This document shows, piece by piece, positions 9,335 through 19,856 of a stretch of DNA of 64,000 bases (within the stretch, counting starts at the first letter, position 1; every line of letters starts with the position of its first letter). The stretch is from Bdellovibrionales bacterium (GTDB lineage Bacteria > Bdellovibrionota > Bdellovibrionia > Bdellovibrionales > CAYMLA01). The notes under the pieces were generated by a model. That model had not been told where the DNA came from, did not search any database, and saw only the letters and a list, made by a program, of their open reading frames with translations. The stretch lies in the NCBI GenBank assembly GCA_965217115.1, contig OZ244239.1, positions 352,001 through 416,000 on the forward strand. Reading direction: 5' to 3'. Position numbers and translations under genes: made by a program.

Positions 9335-9859
9335 ATGGATGCCTCGATAATGGATAAGAACGCAATGAATAAGAACACGAAGAGTAAAACCGATCATGAA
9401 TATGCCAGCAATGATCCCTCCCCTTTTCTAAAAAACACGGAAGTGCTTAGTAACCAAAGAGGGATGACTCTTATAGAGATTATGATTGTTATTGCAATTA
9501 TTGGTGGTCTTGCGGCCATGCTCCTTCCTCGGCTCGTTGGCTCTCAAGAGAAGGCCAAAGCCAAACAAGCTAAAATACAGGTGGCACAAATTATCAGCTC
9601 CTTAGAGCTGTATTACAGCGATTGTGGTGTTTATCCCAGCCAAGACTCTGGCCTCAACGCCCTTGTCGAAGCTCCACCTGAAGATGAGTGTGATAACTGG
9701 GGGCCATCTCCCTATATGAAAAAAGAGCCCAAAGACCCCTGGAAAAGGGACTTTGTCTATGAAATTGATGACGGGGAGCCCGTCGTTATTTCCCTCGGCA
9801 AAGATGGCCAAGATGGGGGATCTGCCTATGATAAAGACATCTCTTCTGAGGATTTTTAA
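9335..9859 (+). CDS. gspG: Major pseudopilin (start uncertain)
   Basis: G|MTLIEIMIV prepilin site; W.GPY-like, DPW and SLG.DG motifs. Confidence 0.93.
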   Translation: MDASIMDKNAMNKNTKSKTDHEYASNDPSPFLKNTEVLSNQRGMTLIEIMIVIAIIGGLAAMLLPRLVGSQEKAKAKQAKIQVAQIISSLELYYSDCGVYPSQDSGLNALVEAPPEDECDNWGPSPYMKKEPKDPWKRDFVYEIDDGEPVVISLGKDGQDGGSAYDKDISSEDF

Positions 9860-9949
9860 AGAGACCTCTCTAGAAATCCACTTTTGGCTACAAACATCAA
9901 AGCCCATGGCCTTTGCAACAGACTCAATTTAACGATACAATGATGCAGT

Positions 9950-10558
9950 ATGCAGCTGCGTAGATTAAAAAATCAGTATGGTTTTACTCTCATAGAAATC
10001 ATGATTGTTCTAGCCATCATCGCTGGTGTTATCACTGTTGCAGCTCCCCGTCTTTTTAAAAACAAAATCAAAGCACGGCCTGCTGTAAGAAAAATGGAGC
10101 TTCTCTCCAAACAACTGCATCAAATATCCCGAGTGCAAAATAAAGTTTTTCGATGGGTCATCCAAATTGGTGGTGCCGAAAAACTCTCAAGTTATTGGGT
10201 GGAGTCAGCTCCTGCCAACACACTGTTTCTCACAAATAAAGATGCTGAAGACCTTACCCCTGAACAATTTAAAGAATACCAACAGCAATTCAAAATGGAC
10301 ACTTCTTTTTTTAAAAAGAAGATAACGCTGCCTGAAGGCCTTTTCTTTTTCGAGATAGAATCTACCTACCGCAGAGATTCTGTCACAGAGGGCAGAGGGT
10401 ATATTCACTACTTTCCCAACGGCTTATCCGAAGAGTCAGCTCTTCATATCAAAAACCAAGAGAAGCTCAATTGGACCATTGCCATTCACCCTCTAACAGG
10501 CCATGCTCATCTTATCAGAAAATATATTTCCCTCGAAGATTTAGCTAACAGAGACTAA
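9950..10558 (+). CDS. gspH: Minor pseudopilin H
   Basis: G|FTLIEIMIV; I.YFPNG motif; operon position. Confidence 0.8.
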   Translation: MQLRRLKNQYGFTLIEIMIVLAIIAGVITVAAPRLFKNKIKARPAVRKMELLSKQLHQISRVQNKVFRWVIQIGGAEKLSSYWVESAPANTLFLTNKDAEDLTPEQFKEYQQQFKMDTSFFKKKITLPEGLFFFEIESTYRRDSVTEGRGYIHYFPNGLSEESALHIKNQEKLNWTIAIHPLTGHAHLIRKYISLEDLANRD

Positions 10559-10560
10559 TT

Positions 10561-11124
10561 ATGAAACTAATAACACCCTTGCGTAAAGAATCTAATTCCA
10601 CTCATAGGTCTGTTAACGGTTTTACCTTAATTGAAACGCTCATTGCTATGGCGATTCTCACCGGGGGCATTATCTTAATGGCCAATAGCTGGGGAGGGAA
10701 TCTCCTGCGTATGCGAAAATCAAAAATAGTTTTCGAAATATCCACCCTTATCGAAAGAAAAATGGTGGATATAGATAATCAATATCGCGACAATGTCTCT
10801 AGTATACCAGAGAGTGATGAAGGTGACTTTGAAACTGACGATAAAAACTTAAAAAAATATCGTTGGAAACTCGAATCTAAACAAATGGTCGTTCCTAACC
10901 TCTCAGACCTTCTTGGCACAGAAGAAAATGATCAGATCTCAGTTGCCATGGTGAAAACTCTCACTAAAACTCTCGAAAAATCCATAAAAGAAGTAAAGCT
11001 CACCATCATTGGTGATTTTGGTAAACGTGAACTCAAACAATCCATTGTGACTTACTTTGTTGATTTTGATCAGAGGTTAGAAGTTCAAGGTCTCCCCTCA
11101 TTTAGCGGAGCACCAACAAAATGA
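10561..11124 (+). CDS. gspI: Minor pseudopilin I
   Basis: G|FTLIETLIA; G.F...Y.W motif; operon position. Confidence 0.8.
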   Translation: MKLITPLRKESNSTHRSVNGFTLIETLIAMAILTGGIILMANSWGGNLLRMRKSKIVFEISTLIERKMVDIDNQYRDNVSSIPESDEGDFETDDKNLKKYRWKLESKQMVVPNLSDLLGTEENDQISVAMVKTLTKTLEKSIKEVKLTIIGDFGKRELKQSIVTYFVDFDQRLEVQGLPSFSGAPTK

Positions 11125-11972
11125 ATCTTCGCTATTTGAACTCTCGCGGCATGACTCTGATTGAACTTATGATTTCCATTGCAATTCTAAGTACACTCAC
11201 TATTATGACGACCCAAAGCATTCGCCAAGGACTTAAAGCAAAAAAAAAGGTGCAAACCAATATTGATAGTTTTTCCATCGTGCGAGATACGCTTAATATT
11301 CTGCGGCAAGATATTGAAAAATCTTTCCACTACCGTGACCTCAATATCATTCTTAATTCTCAAATCGATCTTGAGACAAAGCCCCAACCAGGAGATAAGT
11401 CCAAGCCAGGAGACGAACCCAAACCGGGGGACAAGCCCAAGCCGGGGGACAAACCCAAACCAGTGGTCAAAGCCAAACCTAAACCTAAACCATTACCTGA
11501 AGATAAGGCTGCCACACATTTTATTGGTTATGAAGACAAGCTTCATTTCGTCACTCTTAATCATAAAAAAATTTACTCTGACACTCCCGAAGCCAACTAT
11601 GTTGAAGTCGGTTATTATCTAAATCGTTGTCGCAATCAAAGCAAAAAAGGAAAAACCAGTCAGTGTCTGTGGAGACGAACAAATTCCTTGGTGGATGACG
11701 ATGTAGAAAAAGGAGGTCGGTCTATTGTCCTCCTTGAATATATCAGCGAATTTGGCTTAAGGTACCTTGGCAAAGGCAAACAAGACTGGGTCAGTACCTG
11801 GCATTCAGATAATAGAGGAGATGCGGCAACAAAAGATCACTTCCCAGATGCTGTGGAAATTTCACTGACAATCAAGAGTAGTGGCGATGACAAAGCCAAA
11901 AAATACTCCTTTCAAATAGTGGTTCCTATTCGTTTCCCTAATAATCAAAGAGACGAAGATAAAGGAGGATGA
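11121..11972 (+). CDS. gspJ: Minor pseudopilin J with Pro/Lys-rich repeat insertion
   Basis: G|MTLIELMIS; W...W and P.AVEI motifs; (KPKPGD)n insertion at about 11379-11493. Confidence 0.88.
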   Translation: MNLRYLNSRGMTLIELMISIAILSTLTIMTTQSIRQGLKAKKKVQTNIDSFSIVRDTLNILRQDIEKSFHYRDLNIILNSQIDLETKPQPGDKSKPGDEPKPGDKPKPGDKPKPVVKAKPKPKPLPEDKAATHFIGYEDKLHFVTLNHKKIYSDTPEANYVEVGYYLNRCRNQSKKGKTSQCLWRRTNSLVDDDVEKGGRSIVLLEYISEFGLRYLGKGKQDWVSTWHSDNRGDAATKDHFPDAVEISLTIKSSGDDKAKKYSFQIVVPIRFPNNQRDEDKGG

Positions 11973-11976
11973 ATTT

Positions 11977-13200
11977 ATGTTAAGGGAGATAAAGACACTC
12001 ATCGCAAAACCACTCAGAAATGAACGGGGCATGGCTCTCATCATAGCCCTGGCTGCTGTGTCTCTTATCTTCTATTTAGTCACTGAAACAACCTATGAAA
12101 CTGTCATAGAATACAAACTCTCGTCTTCTATGGTTAATGATTTAAAAGCCCACTACGCCGCACGGGCGGGAATTGAGATGAGTCTACTGCGCCTCCAAAT
12201 TTACAAGAAAGCTGTCCATCAATTTGGTAAAACTCTAGGACCCAACAGCTCAGTCCTCAATCAGATTTGGCAAATGCCATTTGTCTGGCCTCCAGTCATA
12301 CCTAATGAGGCGCAACGTATTGACCGCGAAGCAATCAAAGAAATCGTTAAAGAATCTCTAATGAAATCAAGTTACATAACCACAATCACTGATGGGGGGT
12401 CCAAAATAGATTTAAGTGACCTCGATTCACCTTCCAAAACTTTAAAACAGAGCATCCATAGACAGTTGCTTAATGTCTTGTATAACAAAATTGATAATGA
12501 CCCTGATTGGTCCGATAACAACAGTTTTGACCCTGAACAAATCGTAGACAATATCCAAGATTGGGTGGATAAAGATGAACAAACCACCGATGGCGGCAGT
12601 GAGTCCTCTCTTTACACAGATTACAAAGAGGGGCAGTGGCCTCCTAATCGAACATTTCGCACCATCGAAGAGCTACGCCTCGTCTCTGGGGTCACAGAGA
12701 ATATCTACCAGCTTCTCGCACCACAAGTGACCATCTATGGGTTCAAAGGCATTAACGTCAATTTAGTAGCAAAAGAAGTTTTCCAATCATTTAGCTCCGA
12801 AATCACCGATGAATTAGCCGAACAAATCGTCGAGTACCGTGATGATCCACAACTCCATGGGCCCTTTAAGAGCGAAAAGGACTTTCTCCAGTTCATGTCC
12901 GAGCAAATAGGTGTCACCCTCAACCAGAAGGATGACAGCAAGATACCCATCGTTGTTGATGCTGTGCATAATTTTATCATTAAAAGCACGGCTTCTTTTG
13001 CTAATTCCACTAAAGAGATCACGGCTGTAACCTACAATATGAGTAAAGTCCGAAAACGCTTACAGCACTTTGTAGACAAGGAGAAAACTCCCACTGCAGC
13101 TGATGGGGCCTCCGCCCGAAAGACTGGAAAAGGCACTTCAGATAAGAGAGGACTTCCCCCAAAAGGTCGTCCAAGAGTTGTCTTTTGGCTTGAAAAGTAG
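11977..13200 (+). CDS. gspK: Minor pseudopilin K
   Basis: RG|MALII without Glu5; DWVD.D, EL..V.G and INVN motifs. Confidence 0.93.
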   Translation: MLREIKTLIAKPLRNERGMALIIALAAVSLIFYLVTETTYETVIEYKLSSSMVNDLKAHYAARAGIEMSLLRLQIYKKAVHQFGKTLGPNSSVLNQIWQMPFVWPPVIPNEAQRIDREAIKEIVKESLMKSSYITTITDGGSKIDLSDLDSPSKTLKQSIHRQLLNVLYNKIDNDPDWSDNNSFDPEQIVDNIQDWVDKDEQTTDGGSESSLYTDYKEGQWPPNRTFRTIEELRLVSGVTENIYQLLAPQVTIYGFKGINVNLVAKEVFQSFSSEITDELAEQIVEYRDDPQLHGPFKSEKDFLQFMSEQIGVTLNQKDDSKIPIVVDAVHNFIIKSTASFANSTKEITAVTYNMSKVRKRLQHFVDKEKTPTAADGASARKTGKGTSDKRGLPPKGRPRVVFWLEK

Positions 13201-13212
13201 AACAATATCTCT

Positions 13213-14889
13213 ATGAAGTCAGTCGGTATAGACATCGGAAGTTCTAGCATCAAAGTCGCCGAAATAACCCCCACCTCCAAAGGGGTTACTATCGATCAGC
13301 TCTTTGAGTATCCCCTCAATCCAGATCCAAATCACGATTCCGAATTAGATATCTTAGAATTTCTGCGTGATCTGACACGGAAGTACGACTCTTCTAAAGT
13401 TTATTTTATTTTAGGCATCAAACAGAGGCTTATTAGTGGACGGCGTAAAACCTTTCCTTTCAAAGAAAAACAAAAAATTCTACGCAGCCTTCCCTTTGAA
13501 CTTGAAGAAGATATTCCCTTCTCTCAAGACGATAGTATCTTTGATGCTAAAATCATACAAACCCAGGGAACTTCTACAGAAGTTTATGCCTGCTCTTGCT
13601 CTAAGGAAGTGATAGAGCAATCTCTCAACTTCTGCCAAGACATTAACATCATTCCCCATATTCTTAGTGCCGATGGCTTGTCTTTGGGGAATCTTGTCGA
13701 AAATTGGCAGAGCCCCCCTGTCACTAATACGGCTTTCTCCGATGATCTCGCCGATAAATCAATCAACGACTCGGTTAAAACACTCGATGCTATTTTAAAC
13801 ATCGGACATCAACGTTCTCTCATTGTTTTTTACGATAACATCACGCAAGCCCCCGTAGGCGCTAAGTCTATTTTATGGGGAGGGCATAATATTATTGAGG
13901 CGATTGCAAAAGTCTATGAACTCCCCTATGTGGAAGCGAGTAACGAAACAAAACTACAATCTTTTCTGCTGTTGACCGACGAAGGCGCCACCTCAGATCA
14001 AATCGCTTTTTCTAAAACCATAGGCAAAGTCATCGATGATCTTGGACGTTCCCTGCGCCTCGTCTTCATGGATATTCAAAGTGAATTTCGATCCAAAGTA
14101 AAAGAACTACATTTTACAGGTGGATCGAGCCAAATTCGCAATTTCGGCCCCTATCTTACACAACAATTAGAAGTCCCTTGTAACAGATTCCAGTATTTAT
14201 CCAAATTCGCCAGATTGAGTAAAAATATAAATGTCTCTCCTGAGAGTGAAGCAAAATACTCGTTGGCTCTCTCTCTAGCTATTGAAGGCTTAAAAACCCC
14301 TCGCAATCCAGCCGTTAATTTTTTAAAAGGAGAATTTGCCCAACAGAGCCAAGCCTTTAGGGTATTTTGGAAAAAGTGGCGTCCGACCATTACTCTTGCA
14401 GCATCTATCACAGGTATTTTCTTTGTGTACTCAACACTTCGACATGTCTCGACTGAATCTTTAGATCGAAGAACTGAAACACTCATGAAAGAACAAGCCA
14501 AATCTGTGGCTAAACTCTCACGACGAAAGGCATCCATAACTAACATACGTAAATTTATTGATAATAAAAAATCCATAGCCAAAAAAAGACTGCACATCCT
14601 CTCTCTTGTTCAATTGCCTTCTGCACTCGATGTCTTTAAAAAAATCAATGATGCTCTACCCAGTAAGAAACTAACACGGCTGAGTGTCACGCATCTCAAA
14701 ATTAAAGATAATAATATCGCCATTCAAGGGTTAGCACGCCGTCAAGACATTCCACATATTAAACAAGCGTTGAAGAGAATTTCTTCTAATCAGAAGATAA
14801 AAGTATTTAACTCTTTTGAAAAACCAGCTTCAGGCAAAGCTGTCTTCGCTTTTAAATTCAAGTACAACAGGAAAAAAAATAAGCTATGA
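13213..14889 (+). CDS. gspL: GspL (PilM-like actin-fold domain + TM + periplasmic domain)
   Basis: GIDIGSSSIK, FTGGSS, VNF.KGEF then a TM segment; position after gspK. Confidence 0.88.
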   Translation: MKSVGIDIGSSSIKVAEITPTSKGVTIDQLFEYPLNPDPNHDSELDILEFLRDLTRKYDSSKVYFILGIKQRLISGRRKTFPFKEKQKILRSLPFELEEDIPFSQDDSIFDAKIIQTQGTSTEVYACSCSKEVIEQSLNFCQDINIIPHILSADGLSLGNLVENWQSPPVTNTAFSDDLADKSINDSVKTLDAILNIGHQRSLIVFYDNITQAPVGAKSILWGGHNIIEAIAKVYELPYVEASNETKLQSFLLLTDEGATSDQIAFSKTIGKVIDDLGRSLRLVFMDIQSEFRSKVKELHFTGGSSQIRNFGPYLTQQLEVPCNRFQYLSKFARLSKNINVSPESEAKYSLALSLAIEGLKTPRNPAVNFLKGEFAQQSQAFRVFWKKWRPTITLAASITGIFFVYSTLRHVSTESLDRRTETLMKEQAKSVAKLSRRKASITNIRKFIDNKKSIAKKRLHILSLVQLPSALDVFKKINDALPSKKLTRLSVTHLKIKDNNIAIQGLARRQDIPHIKQALKRISSNQKIKVFNSFEKPASGKAVFAFKFKYNRKKNKL

Positions 14890-15581
14890 ATTTAGAAGAT
14901 ATTAAAGAACAGCTGAAGGACCATACACAAAACCTCTGGAACTATATTCAAGAGCATCCCGTCTATGTTTCCTCTAAAGAGCGTTTTCAGAGTTTTCCGC
15001 CACGAAGGCAGAAATGGGTTTTATCAGTCAGTCTGACGCTTATTATTTTGCTTATCCTCTCCATCCCTCTTAGTGAATTGAGTAGCTCGTTTGACTCAGA
15101 AAACGACTTCAAGGAAAAGCGTCAACTTATTAACGACCTCCTCAAACCTAATCAGGCAAATGGCCCGAATATACCTCCCCCTATGTTATCTTCTGCTCTT
15201 CAAAGCAGAGCTCAGAACATACTTCAATCTGCTGGCCTGGTTGCTAAACAAATTAAAGGAGTGAGAAACACAGCCTTCACTATAGAGAAGTCACCATTGA
15301 TCCCTAAATCCATTGAAGCTCAATCAGTGGAAATCTCTGTGGTTAAGGTAAATTTAAAACAAGTCGTTAATATTGCCCATCGTCTTTCAAGTATGAATCG
15401 CTATGTTAAGTTAAAAGATATGGCTATCTCTCCTAACCATGAAGACAGAAACTATTCAAATGCCACCTACACTCTTGTCGCAGTAGGTTTAACTCCATCG
15501 AAAATCGCGGCAGAAAAACCTTCTTCACGTCGCTCCCGTTCAAAACGGTCAAAACGTTCAAAACGTCGAGGGCGTAAATAA
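14886..15581 (+). CDS. gspM: GspM-like protein
   Basis: Single TM after F..F.PR.Q; coupled to gspL; basic RSK-repeat tail. Confidence 0.7.
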   Translation: MNLEDIKEQLKDHTQNLWNYIQEHPVYVSSKERFQSFPPRRQKWVLSVSLTLIILLILSIPLSELSSSFDSENDFKEKRQLINDLLKPNQANGPNIPPPMLSSALQSRAQNILQSAGLVAKQIKGVRNTAFTIEKSPLIPKSIEAQSVEISVVKVNLKQVVNIAHRLSSMNRYVKLKDMAISPNHEDRNYSNATYTLVAVGLTPSKIAAEKPSSRRSRSKRSKRSKRRGRK

Positions 15582-15582
15582 A

Positions 15583-16557
15583 ATGCTATCATCAATTATA
15601 GGGAATCTTAAAATCCCCTTCCTACTACTTCGCCAAAATAAAAAAGTCGTTTTTATTTTTTTAATCTCTACTCTCTTCTTTGGCTTTGTTTTACTCCCTA
15701 TAAACGATTTAGGTCGTCTTGCTTCATCTAAACTCTCAGAGCTTACAAAGGGACAAGTTTCAATACAGTTTGATAATTTTGGTTTTTCTCTCCTCCCCCT
15801 AGGAATTAAATTCACCGGTCTTTCCCTTGAGACAGAACACTTCCCAACTTTTAAGAGTGATCAAGTCATCCTTTCTCCCAATATACTTGGACTACTAACC
15901 TTTAATCTTGGAGCTTCGATCCAAGCCAAGGGCTTTATGGGAGGAGCGCTTACCATCTCAACAGAGGGCGCTGGTAAAACACCAGAGGGTGATAAAAAAC
16001 AAGCGGTTAAAGTTTCGGCTAAAAAGCTTAATTTATCTTTATCGAAGATATATTCTATGCCTTTAGAAGGGGAAGCTTACCTAAAGGCGAATGTGACATT
16101 AGACACTAAATTCAAGGAACAACCTAAGGGCGACGTCACTGTCTACATCGAAAAGTTTGTCTTACCTTCGGCTAGCATCAGCAGCCCAATGGGCCCCCTC
16201 ACATTGCCCTATCTAAATCTCTCTAAAATATCTATGACAGGAAAATTAAAAGATGGACAGCTACAGATTTATAAAACACAAATTGGTGACCCCCAAGGGG
16301 AGCTCTACGGCAATATCAAAGGAAGTCTAGCTATAAAATTTATACGTCGTGGACGAAGTTTTATTCCTGTCCCAGGCTCCTACAGCTTTAATGTTGATCT
16401 CACTGTAAAGGATAGCCTCTCGAAGAGGGCGAGGCTGTTTCTCTCCTTTGTCGATCAATACAAATCTAGAACACAGAGCGGAACGGGGCAGAGATATGCC
16501 TTAAAGATATCTGGAGTGAATTTCCACGCTTTTCCTCGTATCAATCCACTCCGTTAA
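15583..16557 (+). CDS. gspN: GspN-like protein
   Basis: N-terminal TM followed by beta-rich domain; last gene of operon. Confidence 0.75.
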   Translation: MLSSIIGNLKIPFLLLRQNKKVVFIFLISTLFFGFVLLPINDLGRLASSKLSELTKGQVSIQFDNFGFSLLPLGIKFTGLSLETEHFPTFKSDQVILSPNILGLLTFNLGASIQAKGFMGGALTISTEGAGKTPEGDKKQAVKVSAKKLNLSLSKIYSMPLEGEAYLKANVTLDTKFKEQPKGDVTVYIEKFVLPSASISSPMGPLTLPYLNLSKISMTGKLKDGQLQIYKTQIGDPQGELYGNIKGSLAIKFIRRGRSFIPVPGSYSFNVDLTVKDSLSKRARLFLSFVDQYKSRTQSGTGQRYALKISGVNFHAFPRINPLR

Positions 16558-16602
16558 GAGTTAAGTCACTGTTTTTGAAATTTTATCAATGTGGGTGCAT
16601 AA

Positions 16603-18246
16603 TTAATCTAGTGCAATCCCTTTGATAAACGACTTAGGAATTTGTTTTAAAAAATCCTTCACTGTTTTCACACCTTTGCAAGAAAACCTCAAATCCATCG
16701 TTGGGATATTAACAGTCATTTTATCTAATTCTCGACTAAATTTTGCAGGATAGCCTATCAATGCAGAAGAGCTTTCATCCCCTTCACTTTCAACGACAAC
16801 CCCACGGATTTTTTCTGTGTTCTCCTGCAAGTCATCCCGCTTTCCCTTACGCAAGAGGCAGCCTACATTGGCTTTCTCGTAACTTTCATATGCATCTAAA
16901 CTACTTATCACACGTCCATCTTTTTCCATGAAAGTCATCTTATCAAGAGAAGATAGTTTAAAATCAAGACTTATAAGGGCATAAATATCTGCACTCAGGT
17001 GAGCGCCTCCCATAAATGGGTTCACGTACTGCTTCTTAACCTTTTTACACTCAAATTTTAGAAGATCACAACCATAATTGTAATCAAACCATAGATCAGA
17101 ATTCATTTTCCTGTTCTTAGTTAAGTGTTCCAAAGAAGCATTGCCTTTTAAAACATTTAAATCTTCTTCTTCCTCAACTCTCTCTTCTATGTCTTCAATA
17201 TCAATATCGCGAACATTCGTTTCGTCCATTATCTGCAAGTAAATCGTCTCTCCAGATGGCCTTATAAATGTTTCAAAAGGCTGGTTCTTTCCAAAAGCAG
17301 AACCTTCATTTAAATTCAGAGATCCAAATCTAAAAGGCTCCCTTGTCGTCCATTGGCGATAGTAGCCGTCATTTTCTAGAACCTTGTTTTCAGTCTTCTC
17401 AATAGGGATGTTAAAATCCTTTGCTGTGTTCTGTAGCGCTTTACCTTCAACGGTGTTTATATTTAGAATACGATGACTCAAACCACGAATAGACAAATCA
17501 TCCATCAGTCTGACAACTCGTATGGCACGATCGAGTTGACGACTTAGTCCGTAGTCATTAACACGGGCTATTCTATGAAGAAGAGATTCCTCAAAACCGT
17601 ACAATCGCCAATCTTTACCAACCTTAACCATGTAACCCGGAATTCTTCTTCCTTTCTCATAAATAACTACAGTGTGGATTGTTTCCATCTTCAAAGATAA
17701 CATCAACGTCAACTCCGTCATTGCCTCTTTATTATAGATACCGTCATACAAAAGTTTTTTCATGAATTTATTTAGGTAACCAAAGCGTCCATCAATACTG
17801 TTAAATCTATCTTCATGCCTTATTCTTTCACCTCTAAACAGTTCCTGATAAATTAATCTGTTCAAATTCTGCAAAGAACCTGCCGTTTTTGCATTTGCCT
17901 CCAAACGACTTAATCGATCTCTCACTCTTTGTCCATTTGGCGAATTATCCTGACTAGACACAATTCTTTCACGCAAAAAACTATACAGATCTTTACTAGA
18001 AACTTTATTTTTAGTCAGTTGCTCAGCAACTTTGTGCTCACTGGCTATAAACCCACCTTGATTTAGATCTATAACTGCATTGACCGGAGAACTTTGTGAT
18101 CCATTATTACCCTTCGGAGAATGGCTCACAGAACTTCCCTTCGAACACCCAAACATCACTAAAGGGAGAAACACAAAAATAATCAAAAAATGAATCATGA
18201 AAAACACAACTGGCTGTCTCTTATTTGTTCTTTTATGGGCACTCAT
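16603..18246 (-). CDS. Hypothetical lipoprotein
   Basis: 547-aa ORF, GAGG SD, hydrophobic leader ending MFGC, Ser/Gly linker. Confidence 0.75.
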   Translation of the reverse strand: MSAHKRTNKRQPVVFFMIHFLIIFVFLPLVMFGCSKGSSVSHSPKGNNGSQSSPVNAVIDLNQGGFIASEHKVAEQLTKNKVSSKDLYSFLRERIVSSQDNSPNGQRVRDRLSRLEANAKTAGSLQNLNRLIYQELFRGERIRHEDRFNSIDGRFGYLNKFMKKLLYDGIYNKEAMTELTLMLSLKMETIHTVVIYEKGRRIPGYMVKVGKDWRLYGFEESLLHRIARVNDYGLSRQLDRAIRVVRLMDDLSIRGLSHRILNINTVEGKALQNTAKDFNIPIEKTENKVLENDGYYRQWTTREPFRFGSLNLNEGSAFGKNQPFETFIRPSGETIYLQIMDETNVRDIDIEDIEERVEEEEDLNVLKGNASLEHLTKNRKMNSDLWFDYNYGCDLLKFECKKVKKQYVNPFMGGAHLSADIYALISLDFKLSSLDKMTFMEKDGRVISSLDAYESYEKANVGCLLRKGKRDDLQENTEKIRGVVVESEGDESSSALIGYPAKFSRELDKMTVNIPTMDLRFSCKGVKTVKDFLKQIPKSFIKGIALD

Positions 18247-18708
18247 AATTTAACCTCTTGTTTTATAGTTTTAAAAAGCTTCTACTCTCAATATATGATA
18301 ATTCAATTTTTAGGCCATAGTATCTACCTGTATTCAGGTACTTACGAGCCATTAAACTCCACGGCAAGGGCCTTTAGACGGTAATTGTCCTTCACTGTCA
18401 AAAAGAATGACTCTTTATTAGTTCTTTCCCTTTTTTGTGGGAGGGCTAAATCACAGGCATCTCCTGCTTATGGAAGGTTGAGTTCAGACGACATGTTACT
18501 ACGTACTTTTTTGCAAACTTCCCATTTACGCTTTTCACGAAAAAATATGACTTCCACCTGCCAACCCATCATCTTTAAATGCTTTGTCCGAAGTTGATAT
18601 TGATCGTGATAATTTCCTAACTCGTTATCAAAGACAATTTTAAAGATTCTTTATGACAAACATATGACAAAAAAAAATAGTGGAGCCAGTTTTTTTCTGA
18701 TGAGCTGG

Positions 18709-18858
18709 TTTTTTTCTAGAGTTCTCCCAAAAGAATCCAGCCCTTTTCTTGCTCAAACATTCGTTTGTCACCTTCCATTGCAGGGAAATGCAATGGAAGT
18801 CGCCAAGCCAAACTCGCCGAAAAGAACTGGACTCTTTTGGGAGAACCCTAGAAAAAAA
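18709..18858. repeat. Dispersed copy of the structured element with unrelated arms and inner hairpin
   Basis: GCTCAAACATTCGTTTG (18751) ... GCCAAGCCAAACTCGC (to 18817) inside 40-bp inverted arms. Confidence 0.88.
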
Positions 18859-19031
18859 GGCCCTATTCAATCAATGGGTCAATGGACCTCTTTCTATGAC
18901 TGGCCTCCATGTATAACAACGCTGTTATCCATGGATAGTTTTAGAAAGAGAGCCCTCAAGATGGGTCTCTTGGGAATAGTTCCACTATTTATCACAAAGA
19001 ATCACTTTAAAAGACGAGCTTTCTCGAACCC

Positions 19032-19060
19032 AAAAAAAAAGGCGACTCAATCGTCGCCTT
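19032..19060 (-). terminator. Rho-independent terminator
   Basis: GGCGAC/GTCGCC stem plus A9 tract, downstream of 19112-19531. Confidence 0.8.
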
Positions 19061-19111
19061 CTCACCATCCCCTAGCTTTGTCGGCTGAGGGCTAATCATT
19101 TATCTAGTGTT

Positions 19112-19531
19112 TTAGTTTGTTGGCTGAAACATCTCACTCAAAAACATCTCACTGAAATCACAAGAAACAACACTTAACCCCTGGCTATCAGAAATTCTAC
19201 CTATTTTATCCATAACATGAACAAGTACATTGTTTGCATCGTCATCATAAAAACTAAAATTTAGAATATTATTGATTGCTGCTATGATTTTAATATCTCG
19301 AATAACGGTAATGCCCCCAAGCTCTATCAATGCTCTGACGACCCCAGATCCTGTATTGCGAGTATTCGTCCAATCTTTAAGATTAAAATGTGCATTGAAG
19401 ACCAAACCATCAAAGTTTTCAAATCCAGTGCAAGAAACTGCTTTGAAATAAAAATTTTCATTCATCTCTGCCTCAGGCTCTGCTGTTGCCTGTATAGACA
19501 AGCTTGCTAAAATAATTAGTATTAATTTCAT
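19112..19531 (-). CDS. Small secreted hypothetical protein, AT-rich
   Basis: AGGAG SD; signal peptide MKLIILILASLSIQATA; two Cys. Confidence 0.8.
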   Translation of the reverse strand: MKLILIILASLSIQATAEPEAEMNENFYFKAVSCTGFENFDGLVFNAHFNLKDWTNTRNTGSGVVRALIELGGITVIRDIKIIAAINNILNFSFYDDDANNVLVHVMDKIGRISDSQGLSVVSCDFSEMFLSEMFQPTN

Positions 19532-19856
19532 TTCTATCTCCTACCTAGAAGGTTAAATTTACTCCATTTAATTTATCTGAATGATTATAACAAAAAAAAG
19601 GAGACCTGAAAGATTTTATTACAGAACTCAACCATTATATGTAAAAAATACATTTTCTTGAAGAATGGTTTATTTATTCGATTCGTTTATAATTCCTGAT
19701 TGAAGGCTTGTGGAATATATAATCTGGGTCTCATAATGGCTCCTATTTGATGAGGTTTTTAGCAAACAAAATCAAATCAGGTTTTTTACATTATGAGGCC
19801 CACTCTAGGTTTTTAACTCAGTGCTTTCCCACAAATATTACCTAGAGCCCTCTTTA

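Noticed and set aside
2944..16557. Short antisense or alternative-frame ORFs inside the gsp operon and other long genes
   Set aside because: Shadow ORFs of well-supported genes.
18697..18822. Hammerhead ribozyme (CTGATGAG at 18697, CGAAA at 18818)
   Set aside because: Stems I-III cannot be formed around these motifs, and other copies lack them.
18640..19095. ORFs 18664-19095 (+) and 18640-18870 (-)
   Set aside because: Mirror-image peptides produced by the inverted repeat; no protein-like features.
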